Part shown: positions 32,758-43,266 of the stretch, piece by piece
Layout: each line of letters opens with the position of its first letter
How positions within the stretch are numbered: the first letter of the stretch is position 1
DNA from: an uncultured Planctomycetia bacterium
GTDB taxonomy: Bacteria > Planctomycetota > Planctomycetia > Pirellulales > Thermoguttaceae
DNA length: 64,000 bases
Direction: 5' to 3'
Assembly (NCBI GenBank): GCA_963780045.1
Contig: CAVZZZ010000005.1
Span: 743,255-807,254 of the forward strand
Notes under the pieces: model-generated
Seen by the model: the letters and a program-made list of their open reading frames with translations, nothing else
Told to the model about the DNA's origin: nothing
Database searches by the model: none
Program-made: the position numbers and the translations under genes

Positions 32758-35700
32758 ATGAGCCTTACTGAATTCGCAATGCGGCGGCCGATCACGCTGG
32801 CCATGGTCGTCGTGGCCTTGATTGGCGGCGGCGTCCTGGCCTTCTTGGGGATGCGGGTCGACATCTTTCCGTCGATTAACGCGCCGCAAATCTACGTGGT
32901 GAACAACTACGCGGGCATGTCGCCCGAACAGATCGAGGGGATCGTCACCAACGTCTACGAGCAAAACTTCCAGTACGTCGACGGCATCAAGACGATTGAA
33001 TCGAAGAGCATTCAGAACTTCGTTCAGCTCAAGCTCACGTTCTATCCGGGCACCGACATGTCGGCGGCGATGTCGCAAGTCGTCAGCCTGACGAACCGTG
33101 CCCGCGGGCAAATGCCGCCCAGCGTGCTGCCGCCGTTCGTCATCCGCTTCGACGCCGCCAGCGTTCCGATCGGCTATTTGGTGATGTCGAGCAAGACCCA
33201 ACCGCTTGGCACGCTCGCCGACCTGGGCCTCTTCCAGATCCGGCCCAAGTTGATCGAGCGGGTGCAAGGCACGGTCGCCTTCTCGCCCTACGGCAGCAAC
33301 ACGCGGGCCATCGTCGTCTCGGTCAATCCCGACCGCCTCCGCGCCCACAATCTTACGCCGGAAGACCTGGTCTCCGCCCTGGAGACGGGCAACGTCGTCA
33401 CGCCGTCGGGAAACCTCTACACCCAGACCGAGATGCCGCTGGTGCCCACCAACGCCATGGCCAGCTTGCAGGAGATGGGCAAGATTCCCATCCAGCCCGG
33501 CAAGCCCGTCTACCTCGGCGACGTGGCGACGATCGAGGACACGACCGACATCAACTACGGCTGCGCGCTGGTCAACGGCCGCAAGTCGATCTTCATCCCC
33601 GTGGTCAAGAAGGACACGGCGTCGACGCTCACCGTCGTCAACCAGATCCACGCCACCATGCCCGAGTTCAAGTCGCTGCTCCCCAAGGACGTCGACATCA
33701 GTTACGCATTCGACGAATCGCCCACGGTACGGGCGGCCATCAAGAGCGTGGTCACCGAGGGCGCGATCGGCGCGGGGCTGACCGGGCTGATGATCCTCTT
33801 GTTCCTGCACGACTTGCGGAGCGTGGTCGTTGTGCTGATCAGCATCCCGTTGTCGCTGACCTGCTCGCTGGTCGGCCTGTGGCTGACGGGCAACACGATC
33901 AACATCATGACGCTGGGCGGACTGGCGCTGGCCATCGGCATCCTTGTGGACGAGGCCACCGTTACCATCGAGAACACGCACGCGCAGATGCGGCTCACCA
34001 ATTCCATCGCCCGCGCTGCGGCCGAGGCGAACGCGACTACGAACACCGCTCGGCTATTGGCAATGCTTTGCATCCTTTCGGTGTTCATTCCCGCGTTCAT
34101 CCTTAATGAGCCGGTCCGCTCGCTCTTCATGCCGCTGACGCTCGCGGTGGGCTTTGCGATGATCGCCTCGTATTTGCTCTCCAGCACGCTGGTGCCGGTG
34201 CTGACCGTCTGGCTGGTGAAGCACGCCGGGCACGACGAGCACAAGGAATCACTCTTCGACCGCTTCCTGGCAGTGTTTGTCAAGGTGGTGGCAGCGACGG
34301 TCCGCCACCGCTGGGCCGTCGTCGGGACGTACCTCGCCGCCTGCGGCGTGCTGATCGTGCTGGTCGGCAGCCGCGTGAGCATGGAGCTGTTTCCCGAGGT
34401 CGATTCGGGCCAGTTCGTGCTGCGATTTCGCGCCCTTCCGGGGACCGAATACGAGCTAACCCGGCGGTGCGCGGTGCAGATCCTCGACGTTATCAACGAG
34501 GAAAGTGGCGGCAACGTGGAAACATCCATTGGCTACACGGGCATGGGCTCGACGAACACGGCCACGAACAACATCCTGCTCTTCATGCGGGCCAGCGACG
34601 ACGGCGTGCTTCGCGTGCGACTCAAAGAAGGCAGCGGTGTGGCCGTCGCTGAGCTTCGCGAGCGATTGCGCAAGGTCCTGCCGCAAAGAATTGAGCCTTG
34701 GCTGCAAGGCTATCTGGCGAAGCACGGCTGGTCCGCGGAAGACGCCGAAGCACGGTCAAAAGAGATGTCGTTCGGCTTCGAGCCGGGCGACATCGTGAGC
34801 ACGGTGATGAGCTTCGGCTCGCCCAATCCCGTCGAGGTCCTGGTGATCGGGCCGAAGCGCGAGGAGGTCAAGGCGCACGCCTTGAAAATACTTGCCGAAA
34901 TGAAGAAGATTCCCGAGCTCCGCGACGTGCAGCTCTACCAGCAATTGGAATATCCCACGGTCCGCGTCGATATTGACCGGCAGTTGGCCGGACTGAGCGA
35001 CGTGAACGTCAAGGACATTACCGAAGCTACGCTGGTGGGCAATTCTTCCAGCCGCTACGTCGTGCGAAATTACTGGCGCGATCCGAAAACGGGCGTCGAC
35101 TACCAGGTCCAGATTCAGGTTCCCACCCAGCGCATGGATCGGCCGCAAGAGGTGGAGAACCTGCCCATCCGAAACGTCAACCGCGACGGCGGCCTGTTGC
35201 TTCGCGACGTGGCCACGGTGCGGCCCAGCACGACTCCGGGCGAAATCGACCGCAGCGCCATGCACCGGTACCTGAGCGTGACGGCGAACGTCGAAGGCAA
35301 CGACCTGGGCAGCGCCGCCCGCGATATCCGGCAGGCCATCGCCGCGGCGGGCGAGCCGCCCCGCGGCGTGCAAGTGAGCGTTCGGGGCCAGGTTGCGCCG
35401 ATGACCGAAATGTTCACTTCCCTGACGATCGGCCTCGCGCTTTCGGTCGTCGTGATCCAGGTGCTCTTGACGGCCTACTTTCAGTCGTTCCGCGTGGCGC
35501 TGGTTTCGATCGGCGGCGTACCGGGTGTCGTTCTCGGCGTGGCCACGATGCTTGTGCTGACTGGAACCAGTCTGAATATCGAATCATTCATGGGCTCGAT
35601 CATGTGCATCGGCGTTTCCGTGTCGAACTCGGTGCTGCTCTCCACCTTCATGGACGACTACTGGTCCGCCGGGGCGATGGTCCAAGAGGCGGCCATCGAC

Positions 35701-36033
35701 GGCGCCCGCGACCGCCTGCGGCCGATCCTCATGACGGCCAGCGCGATGGTCCTGGGCATGGTGCCCATGGCCTTGGCGCTGGAGGAAGGCAGCGGCATGA
35801 CCGCGCCCTTGGGCCGCGCGGTGATCGGCGGCCTGCTGGTTTCGACCTTCGCCACGCTGTTGATCGTGCCTGCCATGTTCGCTATCGTGATGGGAGACTC
35901 CAGGAAGCTCCCGCCTTCTGTCTACCCCGACGATCCTAACAGCCGGCACTACGACCCGCAGTGGCACGAGCGCAAAGCCATCCACGGCGGCCCGGAGCCG
36001 CACGAAGGCCCATACGGACAGGGAATTGAATGA
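32758..36033 (+). CDS. RND-family efflux transporter, inner-membrane permease (AcrB/HAE-like)
   Basis: 1091 aa with 12-TM RND organisation. The TM4 motif 'LALAIGILVDEATVTIEN' resembles the HAE-type DD/DE motif rather than the CzcA 'DGA' type. Confidence 0.9.
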   Translation: MSLTEFAMRRPITLAMVVVALIGGGVLAFLGMRVDIFPSINAPQIYVVNNYAGMSPEQIEGIVTNVYEQNFQYVDGIKTIESKSIQNFVQLKLTFYPGTDMSAAMSQVVSLTNRARGQMPPSVLPPFVIRFDAASVPIGYLVMSSKTQPLGTLADLGLFQIRPKLIERVQGTVAFSPYGSNTRAIVVSVNPDRLRAHNLTPEDLVSALETGNVVTPSGNLYTQTEMPLVPTNAMASLQEMGKIPIQPGKPVYLGDVATIEDTTDINYGCALVNGRKSIFIPVVKKDTASTLTVVNQIHATMPEFKSLLPKDVDISYAFDESPTVRAAIKSVVTEGAIGAGLTGLMILLFLHDLRSVVVVLISIPLSLTCSLVGLWLTGNTINIMTLGGLALAIGILVDEATVTIENTHAQMRLTNSIARAAAEANATTNTARLLAMLCILSVFIPAFILNEPVRSLFMPLTLAVGFAMIASYLLSSTLVPVLTVWLVKHAGHDEHKESLFDRFLAVFVKVVAATVRHRWAVVGTYLAACGVLIVLVGSRVSMELFPEVDSGQFVLRFRALPGTEYELTRRCAVQILDVINEESGGNVETSIGYTGMGSTNTATNNILLFMRASDDGVLRVRLKEGSGVAVAELRERLRKVLPQRIEPWLQGYLAKHGWSAEDAEARSKEMSFGFEPGDIVSTVMSFGSPNPVEVLVIGPKREEVKAHALKILAEMKKIPELRDVQLYQQLEYPTVRVDIDRQLAGLSDVNVKDITEATLVGNSSSRYVVRNYWRDPKTGVDYQVQIQVPTQRMDRPQEVENLPIRNVNRDGGLLLRDVATVRPSTTPGEIDRSAMHRYLSVTANVEGNDLGSAARDIRQAIAAAGEPPRGVQVSVRGQVAPMTEMFTSLTIGLALSVVVIQVLLTAYFQSFRVALVSIGGVPGVVLGVATMLVLTGTSLNIESFMGSIMCIGVSVSNSVLLSTFMDDYWSAGAMVQEAAIDGARDRLRPILMTASAMVLGMVPMALALEEGSGMTAPLGRAVIGGLLVSTFATLLIVPAMFAIVMGDSRKLPPSVYPDDPNSRHYDPQWHERKAIHGGPEPHEGPYGQGIE

Positions 36034-37328
36034 TGCGTAGATTTCCGTTTGCCACTGTGGTTCTGACGGCGACCCTTATGGTCGCCGGCTGCCGCCACGA
36101 AACGGCCGAGAAGAAAACCGAGCCGTCCGAGCCCACGGTCCAGGTAGTGAGGCCGGAGCGACGGACCATCGACCTTGCCATCGAACAGCCCGGCTTCGTC
36201 AACGCCTTCAACCAGACCGCGCTGTTTGCCAAAGTAACCGGCTACATAGAAGATTATTCCGTCGACATCGGCGACGAGGTCAAAAGCGGCCAAGTGCTGG
36301 CCACGATTTTCGTCCCCGAGCTGAAGGAGACGCACGATCAGACGGTGGAGCAGGTCAAGCTGGACAAGCAACTCGTCGTCGTTGCCGAGAAGAGCGTGCA
36401 AAACGCGAAGGCCGAGGTCGCCGAGGCCGAGGCCAAGGTCGGCAGCTACAAGGCGGAGATTGATCGCTGGAACACCGAAGTTAAACGCCTGACGGAGATG
36501 GTGCAGGAAAAAGTCGTCGACCAGGAAATCCTCACGGAGACGATAAAGACCGTTGATCAGAGCGTCGCCGCGAAGAACGCCGCCGAGAAAGCCGTCAACG
36601 CGCGAGAGGCCGACCTGTCCATGGCCGAAGCCAACGTGAAAAAGGCCGTCATCCAGGTAGGCGTCGCCGAGGCCGAGGAGCGCAAGGCCACGGCCATGCT
36701 AAACTATACGCAAATCGTCGCGCCCTACGACGGCGTCGTTACTGTCCGCAACGCGAACAAGGGCGACTACGTGCAGGCGGCCACCGGCGACAAATCGAAC
36801 GCCAACCCCTCGGCGATCTTCGTCGTCGAGCGGACCGACATCCTCCGTGTTTTCTGCTACGTCGATGAGAGCCACGCGGCCTATGTGCAGCCGGGCACGA
36901 AGGCGTCCATTCGGGCCAAGGGGCTCAGCAGCGTCGAAATCTCCGCGACTGTGACACGCACGTCCTGGTCGATCAAATCGGCAACCCGCAGTTTGTGGAC
37001 CGAAGTCGATCTGACAAAGAAGCAGTACGACGGGCTTCGTCCCGGCAGATACTGCACGGTGACGATCTTCATCGATCGGCCCAACGTTTTCGCCCTGCCG
37101 CGGCAAGCCGTGAGGGAAGAGGGCAACACGATGTACTGTTACCTCGTTCACGACGGCAAGGCAGTCAAAACGCCGGTCGAGACCGGGCTTAGCGACGGCA
37201 ACTGGGTGGAGGTCAACATGCTGAAGATCGACGACCCGTGGGTGAAGGTCAGCGGCGGCGAAAAGGTGATAGTCGGCGACACGAGCGACTTGAGCGACGG
37301 GGAGGCGGTGCAAGTGGCAAAGCAATAG
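36030..37328 (+). CDS. RND efflux periplasmic adaptor (membrane-fusion protein, HlyD family)
   Basis: An ATGA overlap joins it to the RND gene. It has a lipoprotein-like N-terminus 'LTATLMVAGC', a long coiled-coil hairpin, and beta-barrel motifs ('IVAPYDGVVTVRNANKGDYV'). Confidence 0.85.
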   Translation: MMRRFPFATVVLTATLMVAGCRHETAEKKTEPSEPTVQVVRPERRTIDLAIEQPGFVNAFNQTALFAKVTGYIEDYSVDIGDEVKSGQVLATIFVPELKETHDQTVEQVKLDKQLVVVAEKSVQNAKAEVAEAEAKVGSYKAEIDRWNTEVKRLTEMVQEKVVDQEILTETIKTVDQSVAAKNAAEKAVNAREADLSMAEANVKKAVIQVGVAEAEERKATAMLNYTQIVAPYDGVVTVRNANKGDYVQAATGDKSNANPSAIFVVERTDILRVFCYVDESHAAYVQPGTKASIRAKGLSSVEISATVTRTSWSIKSATRSLWTEVDLTKKQYDGLRPGRYCTVTIFIDRPNVFALPRQAVREEGNTMYCYLVHDGKAVKTPVETGLSDGNWVEVNMLKIDDPWVKVSGGEKVIVGDTSDLSDGEAVQVAKQ

Positions 37329-37330
37329 CG

Positions 37331-37346
37331 TGTCGGCTAGCCGACA
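37331..37346. terminator. perfect 16-bp palindrome TGTCGGCTAGCCGACA between convergent genes
   Basis: Read directly from the sequence. It starts 3 nt after the adaptor stop and lies 44 nt from the PIN gene stop. There is no T-tract, so terminator function is an inference. Confidence 0.35.
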
Positions 37347-37389
37347 TGCCGCCAGTTGCATGCAACCCTAATCATTGGCATCCGCGCGC

Positions 37390-37943
37390 CTATTGCCCAG
37401 TCTTTGCAAGCTGGTCGCTCCACCACTTGTGGCATGGCATTGACGCGTTCGGCGCAAACTTCGCGAGGAACTGGATGTCTTGCAATGTCTGGCGCAATAC
37501 GGAATCGCTCGGCTGGACCTTGTCCGACCAAGTCTTAACAAGCTCCGGACAGGAAATGACGGTTAGACCCGCCGCCTTTCCAACGCGGATCGCTTTGCGG
37601 TCGTCCGTAGCTACGATCCATCCGCGACTCTCCGCGATGGCCAGACACATCGCCTCGCCGTCCGACCGGAATACGGCGGCATACTGAGTAAAGCGGGCTA
37701 ATTCTTGACTTCCTTCCGGCTGGCAGGCGCAAAGCGCCCGGCGGGAAAAAGCGGAGTGAGGTCTGCCGCGACTGAAATAGTCTGCCCCGGCTGCTGCGGA
37801 TCGTGCTGGCGAACAAATCGGACCTCGCTTTGCACCGATAGAGGCACGTGCCAATCGAACGCCGCCGCGCGAAGAATCGCCTCCGCGTGTCCCGACGCAA
37901 ACAGGTCGATCAAGCAGCAAGCATCCATCACAGCGGACGGCAT
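37390..37943 (-). pseudogene. PIN-domain (DUF4411/VapC-like) putative toxin, one frame break as given
   Basis: The N-terminus 'MDACCLIDLFASG...SVQSEV' is in track ORF 37698..37943. The C-terminus 'SDGEAMCLAIAESRGWIVATDDRKAIRVGKAAGLTVIS' is in ORF 37390..38031. Acidic PIN residues are present. The break is around 37700-37745. Confidence 0.6.
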
Positions 37944-37960
37944 GACGAGTCCTCGTCAAG

Positions 37961-39181
37961 TCAGGAGGTAGCGCCCAAGAGCGACCGCGGAAGCTCCAAT
38001 TCGAGCCGGCGCTCCTCGCCGCTGGGCTCAATCTCTTGGCACGTCCTTGCCTTGGCAGCGATTTCTCGTGCCGAAACGATGTCCGATCGCAAATAGTCCG
38101 CTAGATCGCTTTCCCCAATCTCGCCTTTTTCGTAGGCATTGACGGCAAGGAACACGTAGCGCTCAGGAAAGGCGTAATCGTCGGCCCGTTGCGGCTGCAA
38201 TCCGAGCAACTCGGCCGCATGACGCGGGGCGAACTTCGATTCCCTGATCAAGTTCCAGCTTCCTTTGGGAATCAGGGCAAGCTGCTCCAGCCGGAGCGAC
38301 ATAGCTTCTACCGAAACGAAAAAGAAATGGCTCAGGCGGCAAAGGTCGGCGACTTGGAAGTCCTTCGTCGCGGACACGATTTCGTGAAATCGCTGCCTTA
38401 CGGCGTTGGCCGGCATGAGAAAGCCAAGGGCAAAGGCTTCCGCAAATCGCTCGTTGGCCGGCTTGCGCCCCGGCATATTCAAATAATCGATGCCGGGTTT
38501 ATAGCGATCCACGATCAGGTGGCCGTACTCGTGCAGCATGGAAAGCCGCCGCCGCGCGGCGGGATGCTTGCGATTCACCATCACACAACAACCTGCATCG
38601 TCGGCGTAGGCATACATGCCGGCGATCGGCGATGGCAGCGGCCAATAGAAGATCCGCAGCCCCACGTCCCATTCCAGGAGGCGGCGAAGCTGCTCGACGG
38701 GTTGTTCGGCCAACCCCAACCGCCGCCGCTCTTGCCCGGCCAGCGACTCGGCCAACTCGGCCACATCGACGGGCGTTTCCAGGGCCACCTGCGGCGGATA
38801 ATTGTAGCGCAGCGGGGCGTTCATCATTCGCTCCAATTCGCAGTAGTCAGACGCGAGGGATTGAAGATCGCCTATCGCCGCAATAAGCCCGCGCTGCTCG
38901 TCCGCCTTGATTTTTTCTGCCGCCGCGCGCAGATGCGGCTGGAAGTCAATGACCGGCTCGCCGGGGCGGACAAGTTCCGAGACCTTTCGCCCGAAGTAGG
39001 CAGCCAGTTTCACGATTTCTTCTGGCTTTGCCGGACGCTCGCCCTTTTCGATGCCGATGTACGTTGGCCGGCTACAGTTCAAGAACTCGGACACGTCCTC
39101 TTGCGTGACGCCCCTCGCTTTGCGAGCCTCCGCAATACGTTGACCGAGAATTCGCGGATCGATCGATTCAAGCGAAAACAT
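37961..39181 (-). CDS. XRE-family HTH fused to ImmA/IrrE (COG2856) zinc metallopeptidase
   Basis: HTH 'LGQRIAEARKARGVTQEDVSEFLNCSRPTYIGIEKGER'. HEXXH motif in 'RLSMLHEYGHLIVD'. It ends 17 nt before the PIN gene start. Confidence 0.85.
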   Translation of the reverse strand: MFSLESIDPRILGQRIAEARKARGVTQEDVSEFLNCSRPTYIGIEKGERPAKPEEIVKLAAYFGRKVSELVRPGEPVIDFQPHLRAAAEKIKADEQRGLIAAIGDLQSLASDYCELERMMNAPLRYNYPPQVALETPVDVAELAESLAGQERRRLGLAEQPVEQLRRLLEWDVGLRIFYWPLPSPIAGMYAYADDAGCCVMVNRKHPAARRRLSMLHEYGHLIVDRYKPGIDYLNMPGRKPANERFAEAFALGFLMPANAVRQRFHEIVSATKDFQVADLCRLSHFFFVSVEAMSLRLEQLALIPKGSWNLIRESKFAPRHAAELLGLQPQRADDYAFPERYVFLAVNAYEKGEIGESDLADYLRSDIVSAREIAAKARTCQEIEPSGEERRLELELPRSLLGATS

Positions 39182-39474
39182 GATCCTTGAGATATTGAGA
39201 TTCGATCGCTGACGTCAGAGTATCCTCCTGGTCCCTACACTGGCACACGATCAAGTCCACACTGTCATTATCGGATAAGTTATTACAAAGTCAATATTAA
39301 AGACTTGATTTGGTATAGAAATGTAAAATCCTGTGCTTCGATCTACCAGATCATCAACTGCATGGCATACAAGTGGGGTTCCACGGAGAATGGGCCGACT
39401 TTGGTTGTAGTCCGAGCACATTGACGGGGTTTTGCAAGCAGTCGAGTTAGCGCTAGGGCTATCAAGCGCTGCCT

Positions 39475-42400
39475 TTAGGGAGCGGGCCTGCCCGCAACGT
39501 TCGACTGAGAATTGAGCTTTGACATGTCTAGTTGCCCGCCGAAAGGCCAGTCGCCGTCAGTCAGCGCATTCTGGTCTTGGCTGGGCCAAGCGGCCGCGTC
39601 GTCCCAAAAAAGCTCCACGGGCCGATGGGCGGCGACTTCGCCGTTAACGAGTGCAGCCAATTCGTCGTTCAGCTTCGGCGGCTTTCCTTTGGCAGTCTTA
39701 ACCTGATCGCGGGTCAGGCCCAATTCGAAGCGCTTGCCGGGCCGCCCGTCTTGCGGCAGGAATAGGGCGAAGTTGGCTTTTGGCGTGAAGCTGAAGATGA
39801 GGAGCGTCGCTTGGGAACTGGACGCAGCTTGGGGATGCGCCATCCGCGAGTCCAAAACGTAGTGCGCGATCTGAACGAGGTCGATCTTTGCTGGTTCCGC
39901 GGTGCAATATGCCTCGACGGCCAACTCGTAAAAGCGGCGGAGATACGGCCGCACGTCGCGGCGGCCCTGAAAGAGGGCCAAGAGCGCATCCAGATACTTC
40001 AGGTCCCGTCGGGCACTTTTCGGGTCCGCGGCCAAGTCTGAATTGACGAGCATCTCAGCGGCGAATAGGCACATCTCGACGACTTCTCGCCTGTCAGAAC
40101 CGCGAGCCGACGGGTTGAGCTTGAACTGATCGAGGAATGCCCGCAGCAGCGATCGTTCGTCCTTTGGCGCCGGTCCCGCGGCGAGCATCGCATCGGCCAA
40201 TTGCACCAACAGCCTGGCCCGCTGGTTTGGAGCGCCTATTTGCAGGGGGCCCGGCGCCGGCCGGAGCGCCGGGTCGACGGAATCGTTGTTCAGCCGGCGT
40301 ACAATTAGGAGTTTGCTGCCAAGCGCGCCGGCATGAACGGCATCGGCGGTCAAGAGGCGGCCCTGATTGTACCTGTCGGCCGCCTGCACAAGATTGACCT
40401 TGCCGCCGGAGGCCGCGCCGCCGTAAAGCTCACAATCGCCCCAGGCCTCCAAGGTGTTGGCGAGTTGATCGCGAAGGGCGTCGGGGCCGATTGGTGCGGC
40501 GGCAGCGCTTTGGTTGTGATCGGCTTTCTCGATAGCTGCGCGAAGTTCGCCGGCCAAGTTCTTGCAAGCCCGCCGTGTCGCGTCGACGTTGCCGCGGTAG
40601 CGATTGGCGACAGCCGAGCCGAGGCGATCGCGAAACACGTAAACTGCGGCCGAGGGGTCCTTTTCCTCTTGATTGGTCAGTCGGACGTGATACGCCGCCT
40701 GGAACTGCCGTATCGCCTCATCGACCTTCCATTGATCCAGAAGGCTCGCGGCGTAGTTCTCGGCGATGCAAGCCGCCAACGGATGAACCGGCTTGAGCGC
40801 CTGGCAGCCGTCCAGCAACTTTTTCGCATACACGAAGCGATAGTCTTCGAACTCGCCCGCACTAGCGGCCGATTCCGCGGCTAGCCGCCCGCGCTGGACC
40901 AATGCGCTGACGTGGAAAAGCGGCGGCAGGTCTTTTTCAGCAAGCAGTTCGTCTGAAACGTGCCTTTCGTTGATGATGTCGTCGCGAAGTTCCTCCGCGA
41001 AGACCGCCGAATCGAACAAGCAGAGCGGCTGCAGCCAGCTTTTGGCCTTGGGCTGCATGGCGTAGGCTTGCAGGGCCCGGAGGTAGCTCGACCTCGCCTT
41101 CGCGCTCATCGGCGCGAGGAGTTGACGCTCCTGGCGCGTGAGCTGCGGCGATACCTGAACTGCCGCGATTGCATGCTGCATCAGCGCGATCGTGTGCCGA
41201 TCGACAGCCGACACGTCATCGCCGGAATGTGCGTCCGCAAACTGCTGCAGCGCACTTTGAAGCGATTGGACCACGCGTTTGCCGTCGTCGTGATTCTCGT
41301 CCGAAAGCGCCTTGAGTTGGTCCATTAGCTTCTGTTGGCAAGGCGAGAGTTCAGCCCGGCAGCGCTGCGCGGCCTGCCAAAGCCATTGACGGGCTTTCAC
41401 CGTATTCGCGTTCAAATACGCTTGCGGGCGGTCGCCGAGCACAGCGCTCAAGTCCGGCGATGAAAGCACTTTATCGGCGATCGCCTGCCGCACGAAGGGA
41501 GTCAGCCAGGGCATTTCGTCGAACCACCAGCCGCCGTTCAGACCCGGCAGCAGCGCCAGATCAGCGGCCACGGCTTCCCGCGAAACCGCGCTCGTAGTGC
41601 CGCCTTTAGGCGGCTCCCCTAAATTCCGGCTGAAGCCGGTACTACGAGCGCTCGGCAGTCCGTGGCCATGCGGGCGGATCGCGCTCCACACCAACACGCT
41701 GCCGGCGACAGCCGTCAGACCGGCCGCAATGCCGATCGTCACGTTGCGGCGGAACTTCTGGCGGCTCGCCCAGCGGCTCGATCGGCGGCGCGGGTAACCG
41801 CTAGTGGGTGAGGATCCGGACGCGGAATCGCGCTGCGGCGGAGTAATCGCACCGGGGCCGTGAGCGCCGGTGTTCTCCGCGCCCACGCAGACGTCGTGCG
41901 GCGGCAGCGCGGCTGCGATTTCGGCCAACTCTTCCGCGTCGGCGAATTCGGCCACAGCTTCCGCGACTTCCGCCGGCGTGGAGTAGCGGTCCTCCGGCTT
42001 CTTGGCCAGCATTGCCTCATAGACCTCCTCCAATTCTTCCGGCACGTCGGCGCAGCTTTCGCGCAGCGGTGGAATCGCCGCGACGGCGTGGGCCATGAGC
42101 TTTTTGCGGCTACTGTCGTAGTCCGGCGCACCGTAAGGTGGCTTGCCCGTCAGAAGGAAGAACAGCGTGCAGCCGAGGCTGTAGATGTCGGCGCGGATGT
42201 CGGCAGCGGCGGAATTCTCCCATTGCTCCGGCGCCATGTAATCGACGGTGCCCATCGTGGCGCCGGGCAGTGTGAGGCGGTCGTCGCCGCGGCTTTCCGA
42301 GTGCAGCTTGGCCAACCCCAGGTCGAGGATTTTCACCTGGCCTTCGCGGGCAAGCATAAGATTGGCCGGCTTAATGTCGCGATGCACCAACTGATGTTCG

Positions 42401-43068
42401 TAGGCGTGTTGCAATCCCGCGGCTGCCTGGCGGACGATCTCGCATGCCGCGCCAATCCCCAAGAGTCCTCCCTGCGGCGGACCGACGCCGACGAAGCGCT
42501 GCAGGCTGATGCCGTCGACGTATTCCATCACCAGAAAATGGACGCCGCTTGCGCTGCCGGCATTGTACGCCCGCACGATGTTCGGGTGGCCGAGCGCGCC
42601 GATCGACTGCATCTCGCGGAGGAAGCGGTTGACGGCCTGCGGATCGTCGAGTCCGCGCCGCGGCAGGATTTTGACGGCCACGACCTGGTTGAGAAAGACC
42701 TGCCGGGCTTTGTAAACCGTGCCCATTCCGCCGCGGCCCAGCTCTTCCAGCAACTCGTAGTCTCCCAGACGGCGGGTTTTCACCACGCGGCGGAAGACGC
42801 TATCGACCAGCTCCGCCCGGTCGGGAAAACGAACGCGGTAGTCGTCCGCATCGACGAACGTTCCAGTCCGCTGGCGGCAGTCCAACTCGATTTCCAGCAG
42901 TTCGGCCAGCAGCCGGTCGCGCTCGCCCGGCGGGGCGCGGAGCAGGAATTCCTCGATAATCGCCGGGCGGCCGGCACGGCAGGCGCGCTCGAAGTCGTCG
43001 CACACCTCGTCAATATGCGTGGCGGGCGTTATAGGGGGCGGCGGTCCCTGGCTTCCGTGCTCGCTCAC
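39475..43068 (-). CDS. Hanks-type Ser/Thr protein kinase with TM helix and ~760-aa uncharacterised C-terminal domain
   Basis: 'GRGGMGTVYKA', 'HRDIKPANLML', 'DLGLAK', 'GTVDYMAPEQ'. TM helix 'VTIGIAAGLTAVAGSVLVWSAI'. I recognise no domain in the remainder. Confidence 0.9.
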   Translation of the reverse strand: MSEHGSQGPPPPITPATHIDEVCDDFERACRAGRPAIIEEFLLRAPPGERDRLLAELLEIELDCRQRTGTFVDADDYRVRFPDRAELVDSVFRRVVKTRRLGDYELLEELGRGGMGTVYKARQVFLNQVVAVKILPRRGLDDPQAVNRFLREMQSIGALGHPNIVRAYNAGSASGVHFLVMEYVDGISLQRFVGVGPPQGGLLGIGAACEIVRQAAAGLQHAYEHQLVHRDIKPANLMLAREGQVKILDLGLAKLHSESRGDDRLTLPGATMGTVDYMAPEQWENSAAADIRADIYSLGCTLFFLLTGKPPYGAPDYDSSRKKLMAHAVAAIPPLRESCADVPEELEEVYEAMLAKKPEDRYSTPAEVAEAVAEFADAEELAEIAAALPPHDVCVGAENTGAHGPGAITPPQRDSASGSSPTSGYPRRRSSRWASRQKFRRNVTIGIAAGLTAVAGSVLVWSAIRPHGHGLPSARSTGFSRNLGEPPKGGTTSAVSREAVAADLALLPGLNGGWWFDEMPWLTPFVRQAIADKVLSSPDLSAVLGDRPQAYLNANTVKARQWLWQAAQRCRAELSPCQQKLMDQLKALSDENHDDGKRVVQSLQSALQQFADAHSGDDVSAVDRHTIALMQHAIAAVQVSPQLTRQERQLLAPMSAKARSSYLRALQAYAMQPKAKSWLQPLCLFDSAVFAEELRDDIINERHVSDELLAEKDLPPLFHVSALVQRGRLAAESAASAGEFEDYRFVYAKKLLDGCQALKPVHPLAACIAENYAASLLDQWKVDEAIRQFQAAYHVRLTNQEEKDPSAAVYVFRDRLGSAVANRYRGNVDATRRACKNLAGELRAAIEKADHNQSAAAAPIGPDALRDQLANTLEAWGDCELYGGAASGGKVNLVQAADRYNQGRLLTADAVHAGALGSKLLIVRRLNNDSVDPALRPAPGPLQIGAPNQRARLLVQLADAMLAAGPAPKDERSLLRAFLDQFKLNPSARGSDRREVVEMCLFAAEMLVNSDLAADPKSARRDLKYLDALLALFQGRRDVRPYLRRFYELAVEAYCTAEPAKIDLVQIAHYVLDSRMAHPQAASSSQATLLIFSFTPKANFALFLPQDGRPGKRFELGLTRDQVKTAKGKPPKLNDELAALVNGEVAAHRPVELFWDDAAAWPSQDQNALTDGDWPFGGQLDMSKLNSQSNVAGRPAP

Positions 43069-43266
43069 TGCGGGGCTTTCTCGGGGTCGCGGATACGTAA
43101 GGATATGGTATCCGTTGCGCCGGGTTGTCGAGAATCGGCAAGACCGGGGATTCCCACTGGGTAGACGAGAAGTTCCAATAATTGACGGGTTTCCGGCCGT
43201 CTGCTACGGTCGCGAGTATATCAGAGCGACAGCGTTTGAATTACAATGGAAGGAAGGAGAACAACA

